DNA of 64,000 nt from an uncultured delta proteobacterium (GTDB lineage Bacteria > Desulfobacterota > Binatia > DP-6): contig CAWFFN010000008.1 of the NCBI GenBank assembly GCA_963815115.1, positions 64,001 through 128,000 on the forward strand, written 5' to 3'. The position numbers and the translations under genes are program-made. This document shows positions 52,009-62,759 of this stretch, in pieces. Below the pieces are notes generated by a model, which ran no database searches, was not told where the DNA came from, and saw nothing but the letters and a program-made list of their open reading frames with translations. Numbering within the stretch: position 1 is the stretch's first letter; every line of letters starts with the position of its first letter.

Positions 52009-52284
52009 CCGCACCGAGACTTCGTCTCGGTGCGGGGCGGAGAGCGAGCATGGAACTCGATGAACGATGCGGATGTCGTGCCGCGGGCGGCGAAGCCGCC
52101 GCGGCAGACGTGTCGGAGTACGAGCGGATCTGAAGCAGGCTTGCGGTCGCGCGAGGGCGTGGGCCGTAGCCTCGGGCGTGCCACGTTTGCCGCGCCGGCT
52201 TTGCCGGCCGCGGCACGGCGCTCGCTCAACGCGACGCCGCACGCTCGCCGTCCGGGCTCGACCCGAGACGCAGTCTCGGGTCGA
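52009..52284. repeat. Palindromic REPIN/MITE-like element with four hairpins
   Basis: Outer hairpins 52009-52035 and 52258-52284 share CCGAGAC-N3-GTCTCGG; inner hairpins 52079-52106 and 52188-52215 are inverted copies. Confidence 0.65.
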
Positions 52285-52285
52285 A

Positions 52286-53212
52286 CTACCGGAGCGCGAG
52301 CCACAGCAGCCCCACGAGGGGCGCCAGCTTCGCGGTGTAGCTGAGCACGTAGTACGTCGTCCGGCTGCGCGCTTTCAGGCGCTTCATGACGACCCGGATG
52401 CCGTACACCCGCTCGAAGGCGCGGTTGGCGATGCCGACCTCGTCCTCCTCCGTGTTGGCCGCAGCCGTCGCGGGCATGACCCGGCGAATCGCGAAGCGGT
52501 TGATCGCGGTCGCGACGCGTCCGCGGAGCGGCCGCTCGACGTCGCAGAACAGGATGATGCGAGGCTCGCCGGTGCGGTTCTCGGCGCGGTGGATGTACGT
52601 CTCGTCGAACAGCATCCCCTCCCCGTCGCTCCAGTGGTAGGGGACGCCATCGATGAAGATGCGGCAGGTGTCGTCGTTGGGAGTCTGCAGGCCGAGGTGG
52701 TACCGCAGCGAGCCTGCGAACGGATCGCGGTGCCGCACCAGGTGGCTGTGCGGTGCGAGGACGGCGAACATCGCCGCGTGCACCGACGGCGTCGCCCCGA
52801 GCAGCTCGATCGTGCGCGGACAGAGAGCCCGCGCCGAGGGCATGAAGTCGCCGTACCACTTCAAGTAGAAGCGCCGCCAGTCGCGCTTGTAGAACGAGTT
52901 GAACGCGAGGTCGTCGTGCCTGGCGGACTTGCGGATGTGGCCGGAGCGCAGCAGCATCCGCGCCTCGTCCCGGATCACCTCCCAGTGCGCCTGCAGGTGG
53001 GCGAGCTCGGGGAGGTCGGCCGGCCGCAGCACGGGACGCGTCGGCACCGCGGAGAAGAGGTAGACGAAGGCGTTGTACGGCGCGAGGAACGTCGAGTGAT
53101 CCGCCACCTGCCGCATGAACGACAGGCGTTCGCGCCCGCGCAGGTGCACCCACAGCGCCGAGCCGGCCCAGACGCCGGCGAGCGCGGCGAATGGCGCGAC
53201 GGCGGGCGTCAC
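52286..53212 (-). CDS. lpxO: Aspartyl/asparaginyl beta-hydroxylase family, LpxO-like
   Basis: WRRFYLKWY, HRDPFAGSLRYHLGL, FDETYIH, RIILFCD. Confidence 0.85.
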   Translation of the reverse strand: MTPAVAPFAALAGVWAGSALWVHLRGRERLSFMRQVADHSTFLAPYNAFVYLFSAVPTRPVLRPADLPELAHLQAHWEVIRDEARMLLRSGHIRKSARHDDLAFNSFYKRDWRRFYLKWYGDFMPSARALCPRTIELLGATPSVHAAMFAVLAPHSHLVRHRDPFAGSLRYHLGLQTPNDDTCRIFIDGVPYHWSDGEGMLFDETYIHRAENRTGEPRIILFCDVERPLRGRVATAINRFAIRRVMPATAAANTEEDEVGIANRAFERVYGIRVVMKRLKARSRTTYYVLSYTAKLAPLVGLLWLALR

Positions 53213-53213
53213 C

Positions 53214-54203
53214 TCACGACTTCGACGAGCGCGCCAGCTCCTCGTCGATGACTTCCTTGAACTTCTCGAAGGGCTGGGCACCCGAGAGCATGCGGCCGTT
53301 GATGAAGAACGCCGGCGTCCCGGTCACACCGACGTTCGACGCATCTGCGATGTCCTTGTCGATGACCGCCTTGAACTCCTGCTTGGCCAGGCAGTCGTCG
53401 AACTTCTTCTGATCCATCCCCACCTCGCCCGCCATCGCCTTCAGCTTGTCCGCGCTCAGGTCGGCGGCCGCCCAGAGCTTCTGGTGGTACTCCCAGAACT
53501 TGCCCTGCGCGTTCGCACACGCCGCGGCCTCGGCCGCGGGCCGTGCGTTCTCGTGGAACGGAAGGGGGTAGTCGCGATAGACGAGCTTCACCTTGTCGCC
53601 GTAGGTCTTCATCACCTCCTCGACGGTGGTGTGCGCTTTCTTGCAATACGGGCACTGGTAGTCCGAGAAGGCGATGATGGTGATCGGGGCCTTGTCGTTT
53701 CCGCGCTCCGGTCGCCCGCCGGTCGCCACGTTCACCACCGGCGGCTTCAGGCTGACCGTGGTCTTGTACTTGGCCTTGAGCTCGTCGACGAAGGCCTGCT
53801 GCCGCTCTCCGCCCTTCTGCTGCTTCAGGAACTCGACGATTCGCGGCTTCACCTGATCGAGGGTCTGGTTGCCGAGCTGCGACTTGTTCTCGTCGTAGAC
53901 CTTCTGGACCTCGGCGTCCGTCGGCTCCGGCACCTTGCCCGTGATCTCCACCGCTTCGAGCTGCTCGACCGTGACGTTGCGGGCCTTGGCTTCCTTCTCG
54001 AAGAGCTGCTCGCTGATCATCTCGTCGAGCCCCTCGCTGAGGGCTTCGTAGCGCTGGTTCTCGATCTCGACGAGCTTCGGCTTCACGTGCTTCTCGAGAT
54101 CTTCCCGGGAGATCGGGGTGCCCGCCACGACGGCGACGGGCTCCGCAGCGCTCAGCAGCGGAAATCCGAACAGGAGCACGGACACGAGGGCGAATCGGTG
54201 CAT
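53214..54203 (-). CDS. Periplasmic DsbA-like thioredoxin with SurA-like N-terminal region
   Basis: FSDYQCPYC, YPLPFH, GTPAFFING. Confidence 0.9.
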   Translation of the reverse strand: MHRFALVSVLLFGFPLLSAAEPVAVVAGTPISREDLEKHVKPKLVEIENQRYEALSEGLDEMISEQLFEKEAKARNVTVEQLEAVEITGKVPEPTDAEVQKVYDENKSQLGNQTLDQVKPRIVEFLKQQKGGERQQAFVDELKAKYKTTVSLKPPVVNVATGGRPERGNDKAPITIIAFSDYQCPYCKKAHTTVEEVMKTYGDKVKLVYRDYPLPFHENARPAAEAAACANAQGKFWEYHQKLWAAADLSADKLKAMAGEVGMDQKKFDDCLAKQEFKAVIDKDIADASNVGVTGTPAFFINGRMLSGAQPFEKFKEVIDEELARSSKS

Positions 54204-54302
54204 GAAATCCCTCCTATTTGGCTTCGCGGGGGGGCGTCAACCGCCCGCTGGCGCCGGATCCTTTGCAATTCCGGGGGACGCGTGGTAGCCGCCCGACGCC
54301 AT

Positions 54303-54677
54303 ATGCGGCTGCCGCGAAGGCTCGTGGAGCGCGTGGCTGCGCTGCTGATCGTCGGAACGCTCGCAGCCTGTGCGCCCAGCATCCGCGACCTCAACCTCCG
54401 GCCCGAGCGCCACTATCAGGAGAAGGTCACGGTCACCGCACGCGTCACCCGCATGCAGAGCGTCGGCGACGAGACGCTGCTCGAGGTCGTCGACACCCAT
54501 GACAGCCGCCTGCTGGTCCGGGCGCCCGGCCGGGTGGACGTGAGCGTCGGGGACTGGGTGAAGGTGACCGGCGTCTTCGTTCCCGAAGCCCGCCTGGCAG
54601 ACACCAGCATCTACGACGTGATCAGCGCGGAGGACATCTCGCGGGCGAGCGCGCCGTGGTTTTCCGGTTTCATGTAG
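54303..54677 (+). CDS. OB-fold-like lipoprotein
   Basis: LAAC lipobox; VGDWVKVTG. Confidence 0.65.
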   Translation: MRLPRRLVERVAALLIVGTLAACAPSIRDLNLRPERHYQEKVTVTARVTRMQSVGDETLLEVVDTHDSRLLVRAPGRVDVSVGDWVKVTGVFVPEARLADTSIYDVISAEDISRASAPWFSGFM

Positions 54678-55953
54678 GGTCGCCCCGGGCGATCACGTCG
54701 GCGCCCACGTATTGGCGCAGCACCTCGGGCACGGTGACGCTTCCATCGGCGCGCTGGTAGCTCTCCAGGACGGCGAGCAGCACGCGCGGCAGCCCGAGCC
54801 CCGAGCCGTTCAGCGTGTGCACCAGCTCGGGCTTGGCGCCCGGCGCGGGCCGGAAGCGAATGGCGGCGCGGCGCGCCTGGAAGTCGCGGAAGTTGGAGCA
54901 CGAGCTCACCTCCAGCCACTCCCCGCAGCCCGGTGCCCACACCTCGACGTCGAACTTCATGGCGGCCGTGAAGGAGAGGTCGCCGGTGCACATCTGCACC
55001 ACGCGGTGCGCGAGACCCAGGCGGCGGCACACCGTCTCGGCGTCGTTCAGCAGCGACGCCAGCTCCGCGTCCGAGGTCTCCGGGCGCACGAACTTCACCA
55101 GCTCGACCTTGTCGAACTGGTGGCCGCGCTTGATCCCGCGCACGTCGCGACCGGCCGACATCTTCTCGCGCCGGAAGCACGGCGTGTAGGCGACGTGACG
55201 CATCGGCAGCGCGCCGGGCTCGAAGACCTCGTCGCGGTAGAGGTTGGTCACCGGCACCTCGGCGGTCGGGATCCACCAGCAGTCGTCCTCGACGTCGCGG
55301 TAGACGGTGTCGGCGAACTTGGGGAGCTGCCCGGTGCCGACCAGGCACTCGCCGCGCACCATGGCGGGCGGATAGACCTCGAGGTAGCCGTGCTCCTTCG
55401 TGTGCAGGTCGAGCATCCAGGCGATCAGCGCGCGCTGCAGCCGCGCCCCCATGCCGCGGAGCACGTAGAAGCGGGTGCCCGAGATCTTCACGCCGCGCTC
55501 GAAGTCGATGATGCCGAGGCGCGGGCCGAGGTCCCAGTGCGGGATGGGCTGGAAGTCGAACGCCGGCAACTCCCCTTCCGTGCGCACGATCACGTTGGCC
55601 GACTCGTCCGGGCCAACCGGCACGTCGGGGTGCGGGAGGTTCGGCATCTCGAGCATGCGGTGCTCGAAGTCGGCCTCGGCCTCCGCGACCGCCGCCTCCG
55701 CCGCCGCGACCCGCGCGCCCATGCCGCGCTGGGCGGCGATGGCGGCTTCGCGCGCCGCCGGATCCTTCTGGTCGCGGATCGCCTTCGAGGCGGCCGTGCG
55801 CTCGGCGCGCAGGCCCTCGACGGCCTGGATCGCCTCGCGCCGCCGGCGATCGGCGTCGAGCAGCGCGTCGACCTGCGCCTCCTCGACGCCGACCTTCGCG
55901 AGGTCGGCCTTCACGCGCGTCGTCTCGGCGCGGATCAGGCGGATGTCCAGCAC
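54670..55953 (-). CDS. serS: Serine--tRNA ligase
   Basis: MLDIRLIR, PTAEVP, FRRE, HQFDKVE, EVSSCSN, HTLNGSGL. Confidence 0.97.
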   Translation of the reverse strand: MLDIRLIRAETTRVKADLAKVGVEEAQVDALLDADRRRREAIQAVEGLRAERTAASKAIRDQKDPAAREAAIAAQRGMGARVAAAEAAVAEAEADFEHRMLEMPNLPHPDVPVGPDESANVIVRTEGELPAFDFQPIPHWDLGPRLGIIDFERGVKISGTRFYVLRGMGARLQRALIAWMLDLHTKEHGYLEVYPPAMVRGECLVGTGQLPKFADTVYRDVEDDCWWIPTAEVPVTNLYRDEVFEPGALPMRHVAYTPCFRREKMSAGRDVRGIKRGHQFDKVELVKFVRPETSDAELASLLNDAETVCRRLGLAHRVVQMCTGDLSFTAAMKFDVEVWAPGCGEWLEVSSCSNFRDFQARRAAIRFRPAPGAKPELVHTLNGSGLGLPRVLLAVLESYQRADGSVTVPEVLRQYVGADVIARGDPT

Positions 55954-55962
55954 GGTCCTCTC

Positions 55963-56325
55963 CTACACCGCGTCGAAGGCGCTGCGTACGTGCTCGAGCG
56001 CCGGAGGCTCGCGATCGAAGCGCACGCCGACCACGTCGAATCGGACGTCGGACTCGAGGAGACGCCGCGCGGCGAGGAAGTGCCGCGCCACCAGCGTGAG
56101 GCGCGCCTGCTTGCGGGCGTCGACCGACTCGCACGGTGTGCCCATGGCCTCGCCACGACGGCTGCGCACCTCGACGAAGACCACCGTGCGCCCGTCGAGC
56201 GCCACGAGGTCGATCTCACCGGCCCGGCATCGGAAGTTGCGCTCCACGATGGTGTACCCGCGAGCGCGGAGCAGCTCCTCCGCCAGCGCTTCGCCGCGCC
56301 GCCCGAGCTGCCCCCGCCCGTCCAC
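55963..56325 (-). CDS. yraN: YraN family protein
   Basis: GRRGE, RNFRCRAGEIDLV, VFVEV, RFDVV. Confidence 0.92.
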   Translation of the reverse strand: MDGRGQLGRRGEALAEELLRARGYTIVERNFRCRAGEIDLVALDGRTVVFVEVRSRRGEAMGTPCESVDARKQARLTLVARHFLAARRLLESDVRFDVVGVRFDREPPALEHVRSAFDAV

Positions 56326-56610
56326 GGGGGCGGAGACTACTCGGCGGCCGGTGACCTCGCAAGGTGCACGGCCCGCTACCAGCCTCGCGCGACGCGCACA
56401 TCCGTCACGGGATCGGTGGCGTTCCAACTTGATGCCGCGCATGCGTGCTGGCCCTGCGATGGCAGCAACGATGGAGTCTCTCCGTCCGAGCGGGCTCGCC
56501 GACGGAACCGCGACCGCGCGGCGTCGTCACGCTGGCGCGTCGCCGGTTGATCTCCCCGTGCGCCTCCCATAGATGTAGTGACGTCCGAACATTGACCCCG
56601 GAGGGCACGC

Positions 56611-56889
56611 ATGCGAATGGGCTTGCGGGAAGCGAACCAGCGGTTCGCGAGCGCGATCCGTGCCGTGAAGGCCGGGGAAGAGGTCATTCTCACCGAGCGC
56701 GGGACTCCGATCGCGGTGATCAAGCCCCTCGGACGCGCCACGACGGGCGAGGCCGCGCTCCGTCGTTTGGAGGCGGCGGGGCTGCTGTGGCGCGCGACCA
56801 GGTCGGGACCGATGCAGCCGTTCAAGCCCGTCCGGATCAAGGGAAGGCCCCTGTCACGGACCCTCCGGGAACTCCGCGATGCCGACTGA
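56611..56889 (+). CDS. Phd/YefM family antitoxin
   Basis: MGLREAN..F....RAVKAGEEVILTERGTPIA. Confidence 0.9.
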   Translation: MRMGLREANQRFASAIRAVKAGEEVILTERGTPIAVIKPLGRATTGEAALRRLEAAGLLWRATRSGPMQPFKPVRIKGRPLSRTLRELRDAD

Positions 56890-57326
56890 TGGCGGCGCTG
56901 CGCTCCTACTTCGACACCAGCGTCCTCGTGAAGCGCTGGGTGCTCGAGCAGGATTCCGGGCGGGCACGCCGGCTGCTCGCCTCGCGGGCCATCGTCTCGT
57001 CGGCGATCACGCCCGTGGAGCTGGCGGCCGCCGTGTGCCGCCGCCACGCCGCAGGCGACCTGACCGCGAAGCAGCGCGACGCGATCCTGGCGGACCTGCA
57101 GCGCGAGCGGGCGGGATGGGACCTCGTCGCTGTCGGTCGACTCGTCACGGACCGGGCTGAAGACGTGATCCGCACCACAGGGGTGCGGGCACTCGACGCG
57201 CTGCATCTGGCCTCGGCGCTGCTCCTCCGAGCGACCGTCGACCGCCCGATGCCATTCGTCACCGCGGATGCCGAGCAGGCGGAGGCGGCGGAGCGCTTGG
57301 GACTCGAGGTCCTGTCGCTCGCGTGA
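56889..57326 (+). CDS. vapC: VapC-family PIN toxin
   Basis: YFDTSVLVK, VEL, RALDALHLASA, FVTAD; TGATG overlap. Confidence 0.9.
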   Translation: MAALRSYFDTSVLVKRWVLEQDSGRARRLLASRAIVSSAITPVELAAAVCRRHAAGDLTAKQRDAILADLQRERAGWDLVAVGRLVTDRAEDVIRTTGVRALDALHLASALLLRATVDRPMPFVTADAEQAEAAERLGLEVLSLA

Positions 57327-57863
57327 GCCTTGCGACCCCGTGGTCGGCCGCGCAGCTTGCCGTGGTGAAGAGCAGCCCGCCTTCACATCGGAGGGGACGG
57401 ACAGGCGCACGCCCGGCTTCAGCGGTCATGTCATCCTGCACCCAGAAGGGCCGCGAGTGGCCCTTCCTCCTCGGGAGTCGATGTACCTCCCCACGAGCGA
57501 CGGCTGCTGGGCGAAGATCGGGACCGCACGGTCACGAATTGTCTGCCGCAACGTGCGGGAGCACTCGACCTGGATCTCTCCCTTCTTCCCCTGCGCGCCG
57601 GGTGAGGCCCGCGGCCCTTCGGACGAGACCGCCGCGCCGAGGAGCGGAGCAGATAGCCGTAGCAATGAAGACCGGCTGCCCTCCGCCGCGATACGGTTCG
57701 CGGGGACCACGGGGTCAGCCGAGACGGCGCCCCACACGGCAGGAGGGCAGCCCGGACCGAGGATCTACGCATCGTATGCCAGCGCCGCGCGTCGGCTACG
57801 ACAGCGGCCCGTCGTAGACGGCACGTGCCCCGCGCGTGTTGTAGCTCCGGTCAGTGGCCCGCG

Positions 57864-58595
57864 TCACTGCCCGGACTTGGTCATCGTGCCCGCCCAGCTC
57901 ACATCGCAGCTCTGGGGACACTGACCGTAGACGGGAAAGTGATTGTAGCTCTGCGTGACCTCTACCACCCCGTCGTGCGCCGGCAGGGAGCCCTGCACTC
58001 CCCAATCGTCGTCCCATCCGCCAGTGGCGCATTCGCCGGCCAAACCAAAGTAACCGGAGAGGTTGAACCCCGTAGGCGTGATGCTCCCGGTCAGCTCGAT
58101 CCCCTGGGGATATCCATGGCCTTCGATACGGCCATCCGACAGCTCGATCTCGAGTTCCGAGAAGAACGGCGAGGCGTCTCCGTCGCACTCCCCCGACGTG
58201 GTACCCGAGAGAACCCAGTGTCCGCTCAGCGTGAACGGGGGCGTCGTCGTGGAAGTGGTGGTGCTGGTCGTCGTGGTCGTCGAGCGAAGCAGCGCGACGA
58301 CGGCGGCCGCCCAGGCATCGAGTGATTCCCCGACCTCACCGGCGTCTCCCGCCTTCGCACAACCGCCTTTCGCTTCCGCTCTGCGGAAGCCGCGCTCGAG
58401 ACGCCTCGTGATGGTGGCCGGGTCGACGACGCCGCCGGGACTGTGGGCGGATGCCCTGAGCAGCGCACCCGCAGCCGCCCCTGTAACGATGAGCTTCGCG
58501 CGCATGCATCGGCTCGCAGGATCGGCGCGAACAGACGCCGGACCCGCACTCAGCAAGCCTACGCAAAGAGCTGCGACCGTCTTCCTCGCGATCAT
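57864..58595 (-). CDS. Secreted protein with Thr-rich linker
   Basis: Signal peptide; CMRAKL...FRRAEAKGGC helical module; TTTTTSTTTSTTT; beta-rich C-terminus. Confidence 0.75.
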   Translation of the reverse strand: MIARKTVAALCVGLLSAGPASVRADPASRCMRAKLIVTGAAAGALLRASAHSPGGVVDPATITRRLERGFRRAEAKGGCAKAGDAGEVGESLDAWAAAVVALLRSTTTTTSTTTSTTTPPFTLSGHWVLSGTTSGECDGDASPFFSELEIELSDGRIEGHGYPQGIELTGSITPTGFNLSGYFGLAGECATGGWDDDWGVQGSLPAHDGVVEVTQSYNHFPVYGQCPQSCDVSWAGTMTKSGQ

Positions 58596-58704
58596 GTCCT
58601 TCCCCCCTGCGCAGGCGAACGTAGCAACCGTCGGCTCGGGCCGGCAACGGCAACCTGTGTCCGGTGGCACAACCCAAGTGCGGGCGGCAGGGGACAGGCC
58701 TGTG

Positions 58705-58937
58705 GTGAGCAGCTACCTGTTGGGTGTGGAGCTCGAGGCGCGCTTGGAGACCATCGATGCGGCCGTCACCAACTCGCCGCGGGGGCGCCGTACCGCGAGT
58801 CGGTCGGGTGGCTGCGCTGCTTTCGGAGGATCGACACGCCGAGGGCTATGACCCTGGTGACCGAGCTCCGGGACGTCCGTCGCTTCGCCTCCACCGCGCC
58901 CTCATGGCATTCATCGGCCTGGTCCCGGGCGAGGACC
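58705..58937 (+). mobile_element. IS110-family transposase remnant
   Basis: Across frames: LETIDAAV / PYRESVGWLRCFRRIDTPRAMTLVTELRDVRRF / ALMAFIGLVPGE. Confidence 0.7.
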
Positions 58938-58984
58938 CCCGGCTCGCGTTGCCAACCCCGGGGCCGTGCGATAGGTACCACGAC

Positions 58985-59272
58985 GTGGCGATCACGCGCG
59001 ACGAGGTGCGGCGGGTCGCGGCGCTCGCGCGCCTCCGCCTCGAGCCCGCCGAGGAGGAGCGGCTCACGGCCGATCTCGATCACATCCTCGAGGCCTTCGT
59101 GCGCCTCCAGGCCGTGGACACCAGCGCCGTGCCGCCGACCGCCCACGTGGACGACTTCGGCGCCCGCCTGCGGTCCGACGAGGTGCTGAATCCCGCCGGC
59201 GACGAGGCGCTGCTCGCGAACGCGCCCGCCCGTGACGGACGCCTGTTCCGCGTACCGAAAATCATCGAATAG
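58985..59272 (+). CDS. gatC: Asp/Glu-tRNA amidotransferase subunit C
   Basis: [15 protein letters not shown]...NAP...FRVPKII. Confidence 0.93.
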   Translation: MAITRDEVRRVAALARLRLEPAEEERLTADLDHILEAFVRLQAVDTSAVPPTAHVDDFGARLRSDEVLNPAGDEALLANAPARDGRLFRVPKIIE

Positions 59273-59297
59273 ATCATCGAGTAGTTCCGGATCCGTC

Positions 59298-60761
59298 ATG
59301 AGCGCTCTGCACGACCTCGGGGTTCGCGAGGCCGCCCGCCGTGTCCGCCACCGCGAGGTGTCGTCGGTCGAGCTGGTCCGCGCGGCCCTGGCACGCGTCG
59401 CCGCGGCGGAGCCGCGGGTCGGCGCGTTCCTCACCGTGTGCGAGGCCGAGGCGCTCGCGGCCGCCGGGGAAATCGACCGGCAGGTGCGCGACGGCCAGGA
59501 CCCGGGAGCGCTCGGCGGCGTGCCGGTCGGGATAAAGGACGTCATCTGCACCGCGGGGGTCCGCACGACGGCGGCGTCGCGCATCCTCGAGGGCTTCGTC
59601 CCGAGCTACGATGCCACCGTCGTGAGCCGGCTGCGGCGCGCCGGCGCCGTCATCGTCGGCAAGCTCAACTGCGACGAGTTCGCCATGGGCTCCTCGACCG
59701 AGAACTCGGCCCTGGGCGTGACGCGCAACCCGTGGGACGGCGAGCACGTTCCCGGCGGCTCGTCGGGCGGCTCCGCCGCCGCGGTGTCGGCACGCGAGGT
59801 GCCGGCGGCACTCGGCACCGACACGGGCGGCTCCATCCGCTTGCCGGCCGCCTTCTGCGGGGTCGTCGGTCTGAAGCCGACGTACGGGCGCGTGTCGCGC
59901 TCGGGCGTGATCGCCTATGCCTCGTCGCTCGACCAGGTGGGCCCGTTCGCGCGCGACGTGGCCGACGCCGCGCTGGTGCTGGAGGCGATCGCCGGACCCG
60001 ATGCGGCCGATTCGACCGCCTCCCCGATCCCGGTGCCGTCCTACGGCGACGCGCTCGCGAGCGGGGTGCGCGGCATGCGGCTCGGGCTGCCCAAGGAGTA
60101 CTTCGTCGAGGGCATGCAGCCCGAGGTGGCCGACGCGGTGCGCGCGGCGGTCACGGAGCTCGAACGACTCGGGGCGGTCGCCGAGCCGGTGTCGCTGCCG
60201 CACACCGAGTACGCCATCGCGACGTACTACCTCATCGCCACCGCCGAGGCGTCGTCGAATCTCGCCCGCTACGACGGCGTGCGCTACGGCTTGCGGGTCG
60301 GTGGAGGCGGGAGCCTCGGGGAGATGTACGAGCGCTCGCGCGCGGCGGGCTTCGGCGCCGAGGTGAAGCGGCGCATCATGCTCGGCACCTACGCGCTCTC
60401 CGCCGGCTACTACGACGCCTACTACCTGAAGGCGCAGCAGGTGCGGACGCTCATCCGGCGCGACTTCGAGCAGGCGCTCACCCGATGCGACGCGCTGATC
60501 ACGCCGGTGGCGCCGACGACCGCCTTCCGCCGCGGCGAGAAGACGGACGATCCGCTCACCATGTATCTCTCCGACATCCTCACCATCTCGGTGAACCTGG
60601 CCGGGCTGCCGGGCCTCGCCGTCCCGTGCGGCTTCGACCGTGCCGGGCTGCCCATCGGGCTGCAGGTCATCGGACGGCCCTTCGACGAGGCCACCATCCT
60701 CCGCATCGGCGCCGCCTACGAGCAGGCGAGCGACTGGCAGCGCCGGAGTCCGCTGCCGTGA
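59298..60761 (+). CDS. gatA: Asp/Glu-tRNA amidotransferase subunit A
   Basis: [40 protein letters not shown]. Confidence 0.97.
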   Translation: MSALHDLGVREAARRVRHREVSSVELVRAALARVAAAEPRVGAFLTVCEAEALAAAGEIDRQVRDGQDPGALGGVPVGIKDVICTAGVRTTAASRILEGFVPSYDATVVSRLRRAGAVIVGKLNCDEFAMGSSTENSALGVTRNPWDGEHVPGGSSGGSAAAVSAREVPAALGTDTGGSIRLPAAFCGVVGLKPTYGRVSRSGVIAYASSLDQVGPFARDVADAALVLEAIAGPDAADSTASPIPVPSYGDALASGVRGMRLGLPKEYFVEGMQPEVADAVRAAVTELERLGAVAEPVSLPHTEYAIATYYLIATAEASSNLARYDGVRYGLRVGGGGSLGEMYERSRAAGFGAEVKRRIMLGTYALSAGYYDAYYLKAQQVRTLIRRDFEQALTRCDALITPVAPTTAFRRGEKTDDPLTMYLSDILTISVNLAGLPGLAVPCGFDRAGLPIGLQVIGRPFDEATILRIGAAYEQASDWQRRSPLP

Positions 60762-62221
60762 CCTGGACGCACGACGGACTCGAGGGGGTGATCGGGCTCG
60801 AGGTCCACGCGGAGCTCCTCACCCGCTCGAAGATCTTCTGCTCCTGCTCGGCTGCCTTCGGGGCACCCCCCAACACCAACGTCTGCCCGGTGTGCCTCGG
60901 CATGCCCGGCGTCCTGCCGGTGCTCAATCGCCGGGTGGTCGAGTTCGCGATCCGTGCCGGCCTCGCCACCGGCTGCACGATCGCCCCGCACTCGCGCTTC
61001 GCACGCAAGAACTACTTCTACCCGGACCTCGTGAAGGGCTACCAGATCAGCATGTACGAGGAGCCCCTGTGCACCGCCGGCTGGCTCGAGATCGTGGTCG
61101 ACGGCACGCCCAGGCGCGTGGGCCTGACCCGGATCCACATGGAGGAGGACACCGGGAAGAACATCCACGACGCCCACGCCGGCGGCAGCCTGGTCGACTT
61201 CAATCGCAGCGGCGTTCCCCTCCTCGAGATCGTGAGCGAGCCCGACATGCGCGGCCCGGCCGAGGCGGGCGCCTACCTCCGGGCGTTGCGCTCCATCCTG
61301 CAGTACCTCGAGATCTGCGACGGCAACATGGAGGAAGGCAGCTTCCGCTGCGACGCCAACGTGTCCGTGCGGCCCGCGGGCGCGAGCCGTCTCGGCACCA
61401 AGGTCGAGATCAAGAACATGAACTCCTTCCGGAACGTCGAGCGCGCCATCGAGCACGAGCTCGGCCGGCAGGCGCGCGCCCTCGCCACCGGCGAGCGGCT
61501 GGTGCAGGAGACCCGGCTCTGGGACACTGAGCGGGAGGAGACCCGGTCGATGCGCAGCAAGGAATCAGCGCACGACTACCGCTACTTCCCCGAGCCCGAC
61601 CTGCTGCCCCTCGCGGTCGAGCAGCCCTGGGTGGACGACGTGCGGAGCGCGATGCCCGAGCTGCCGGGGCCACGCCGGCGGCGCTTCGAGCGGGAGTTCG
61701 CGCTCTCCGCCTACGACGCCGACGTGCTCACGCAGCGCAAGGACGTGGCGGACTACTTCGAAGCCGCCGTCGCCGCGGGCGGCGGCGCGAAGGACATCGC
61801 GAACTGGGTGACGACCGAGGTCCTGCGGCTGGTGCGGGAGGAGAAGCTCGATCGCGCGCTGGTGATCCGCGACTGGCCGCTCACGCCAGCGCAGCTCGCG
61901 AAGCTCTCGCACCTCGTCGAATCCGGCGCCATCAACCGCAACACCGCAAAGGGATTGATGCCCCGCCTGCTGCGTACGGGGAGTGATCCGGCGGACCTGG
62001 TCGCCGCCGAAGGACTGGCGCAGGTCAGCGATCGTGACACGCTCGCGCATGCAGTCAGGGAGACTTTGGCACTCCACCCCGAACAGGTCGCGCAGTTCCA
62101 GGCAGGGAAGGAACGCGTCCTGGGCTTCCTGGTCGGCCACGTCATGAAGAGCACCAAGGGCAAGGCCAACCCGCAGCTCGTTCAGGAGCTGCTGCGTGAC
62201 GCGCTCGCCCAACAGTCGTAG
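60758..62221 (+). CDS. gatB: Asp/Glu-tRNA amidotransferase subunit B
   Basis: [35 protein letters not shown]. Confidence 0.97.
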   Translation: MTWTHDGLEGVIGLEVHAELLTRSKIFCSCSAAFGAPPNTNVCPVCLGMPGVLPVLNRRVVEFAIRAGLATGCTIAPHSRFARKNYFYPDLVKGYQISMYEEPLCTAGWLEIVVDGTPRRVGLTRIHMEEDTGKNIHDAHAGGSLVDFNRSGVPLLEIVSEPDMRGPAEAGAYLRALRSILQYLEICDGNMEEGSFRCDANVSVRPAGASRLGTKVEIKNMNSFRNVERAIEHELGRQARALATGERLVQETRLWDTEREETRSMRSKESAHDYRYFPEPDLLPLAVEQPWVDDVRSAMPELPGPRRRRFEREFALSAYDADVLTQRKDVADYFEAAVAAGGGAKDIANWVTTEVLRLVREEKLDRALVIRDWPLTPAQLAKLSHLVESGAINRNTAKGLMPRLLRTGSDPADLVAAEGLAQVSDRDTLAHAVRETLALHPEQVAQFQAGKERVLGFLVGHVMKSTKGKANPQLVQELLRDALAQQS

Positions 62222-62315
62222 CCAGCTCGCCCAATGGTCGTAGAAACTTTTCTGCACAAGGGGCTGGCGCGGCCGCCCGCGAGACGGTATCGTGCAGGCG
62301 CTGGCGGAGCCCTGG

Positions 62316-62723
62316 ATGACTGATCAGACGACTCACACCCCTCCCCCGTATGCCTCCGAGACGCTGCTGCGGCTCGCGCCGCCGGAGACGCCGGAGGATC
62401 GCCTGATGCTCGCCGTGCTGCTCGACGCGGTGGCGCTGCTGCGCGAGCATGCCACCGGCGTCCGTCCCCACCGGCAGCGACTGGTGGCCGACACCGCGCG
62501 CTGGTTTGCGAGCGACGACGCCGCATGGCCGCTCTCGTTCGCCAACATCTGCCTCGGCCTCGGCCTCGAGACGCCGCTGCTCCGGGTCGGACTGGAGCGG
62601 GAGCTGACGGATCTCGGCGCCCGGGCGCTCCTCCGCCCGGGACATGCAGAGGTCGTCCCCTTGCGCGTCGCGCCCGCGATCGGCCGGGCGCCGCGCGAGC
62701 GCGTCGCGCGGCCGCGCGGCTGA
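62316..62723 (+). CDS. Hypothetical protein
   Basis: PEDRLMLAVLLDAV...WFASDD..WPLSFANIC pattern; typical codon usage. Confidence 0.7.
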   Translation: MTDQTTHTPPPYASETLLRLAPPETPEDRLMLAVLLDAVALLREHATGVRPHRQRLVADTARWFASDDAAWPLSFANICLGLGLETPLLRVGLERELTDLGARALLRPGHAEVVPLRVAPAIGRAPRERVARPRG

Positions 62724-62759
62724 CGCGAGGCTCGTTCCCGGGACGCCCCCGCCGCGTTC

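Noticed and set aside
56455-56500. GATGGAGT resembling a fluoride riboswitch
   Set aside because: No downstream complementary TGATGACTCC element; the ClC in the window has GSGIP, not the fluoride-type motif, and is far away.
56573-56592. ATGT...ACAT dyad upstream of the antitoxin as TA operator
   Set aside because: Plausible by position but only short arms match; too weak to list.
57330-57860. Short ORFs downstream of vapC
   Set aside because: No motif, RBS or codon bias support.
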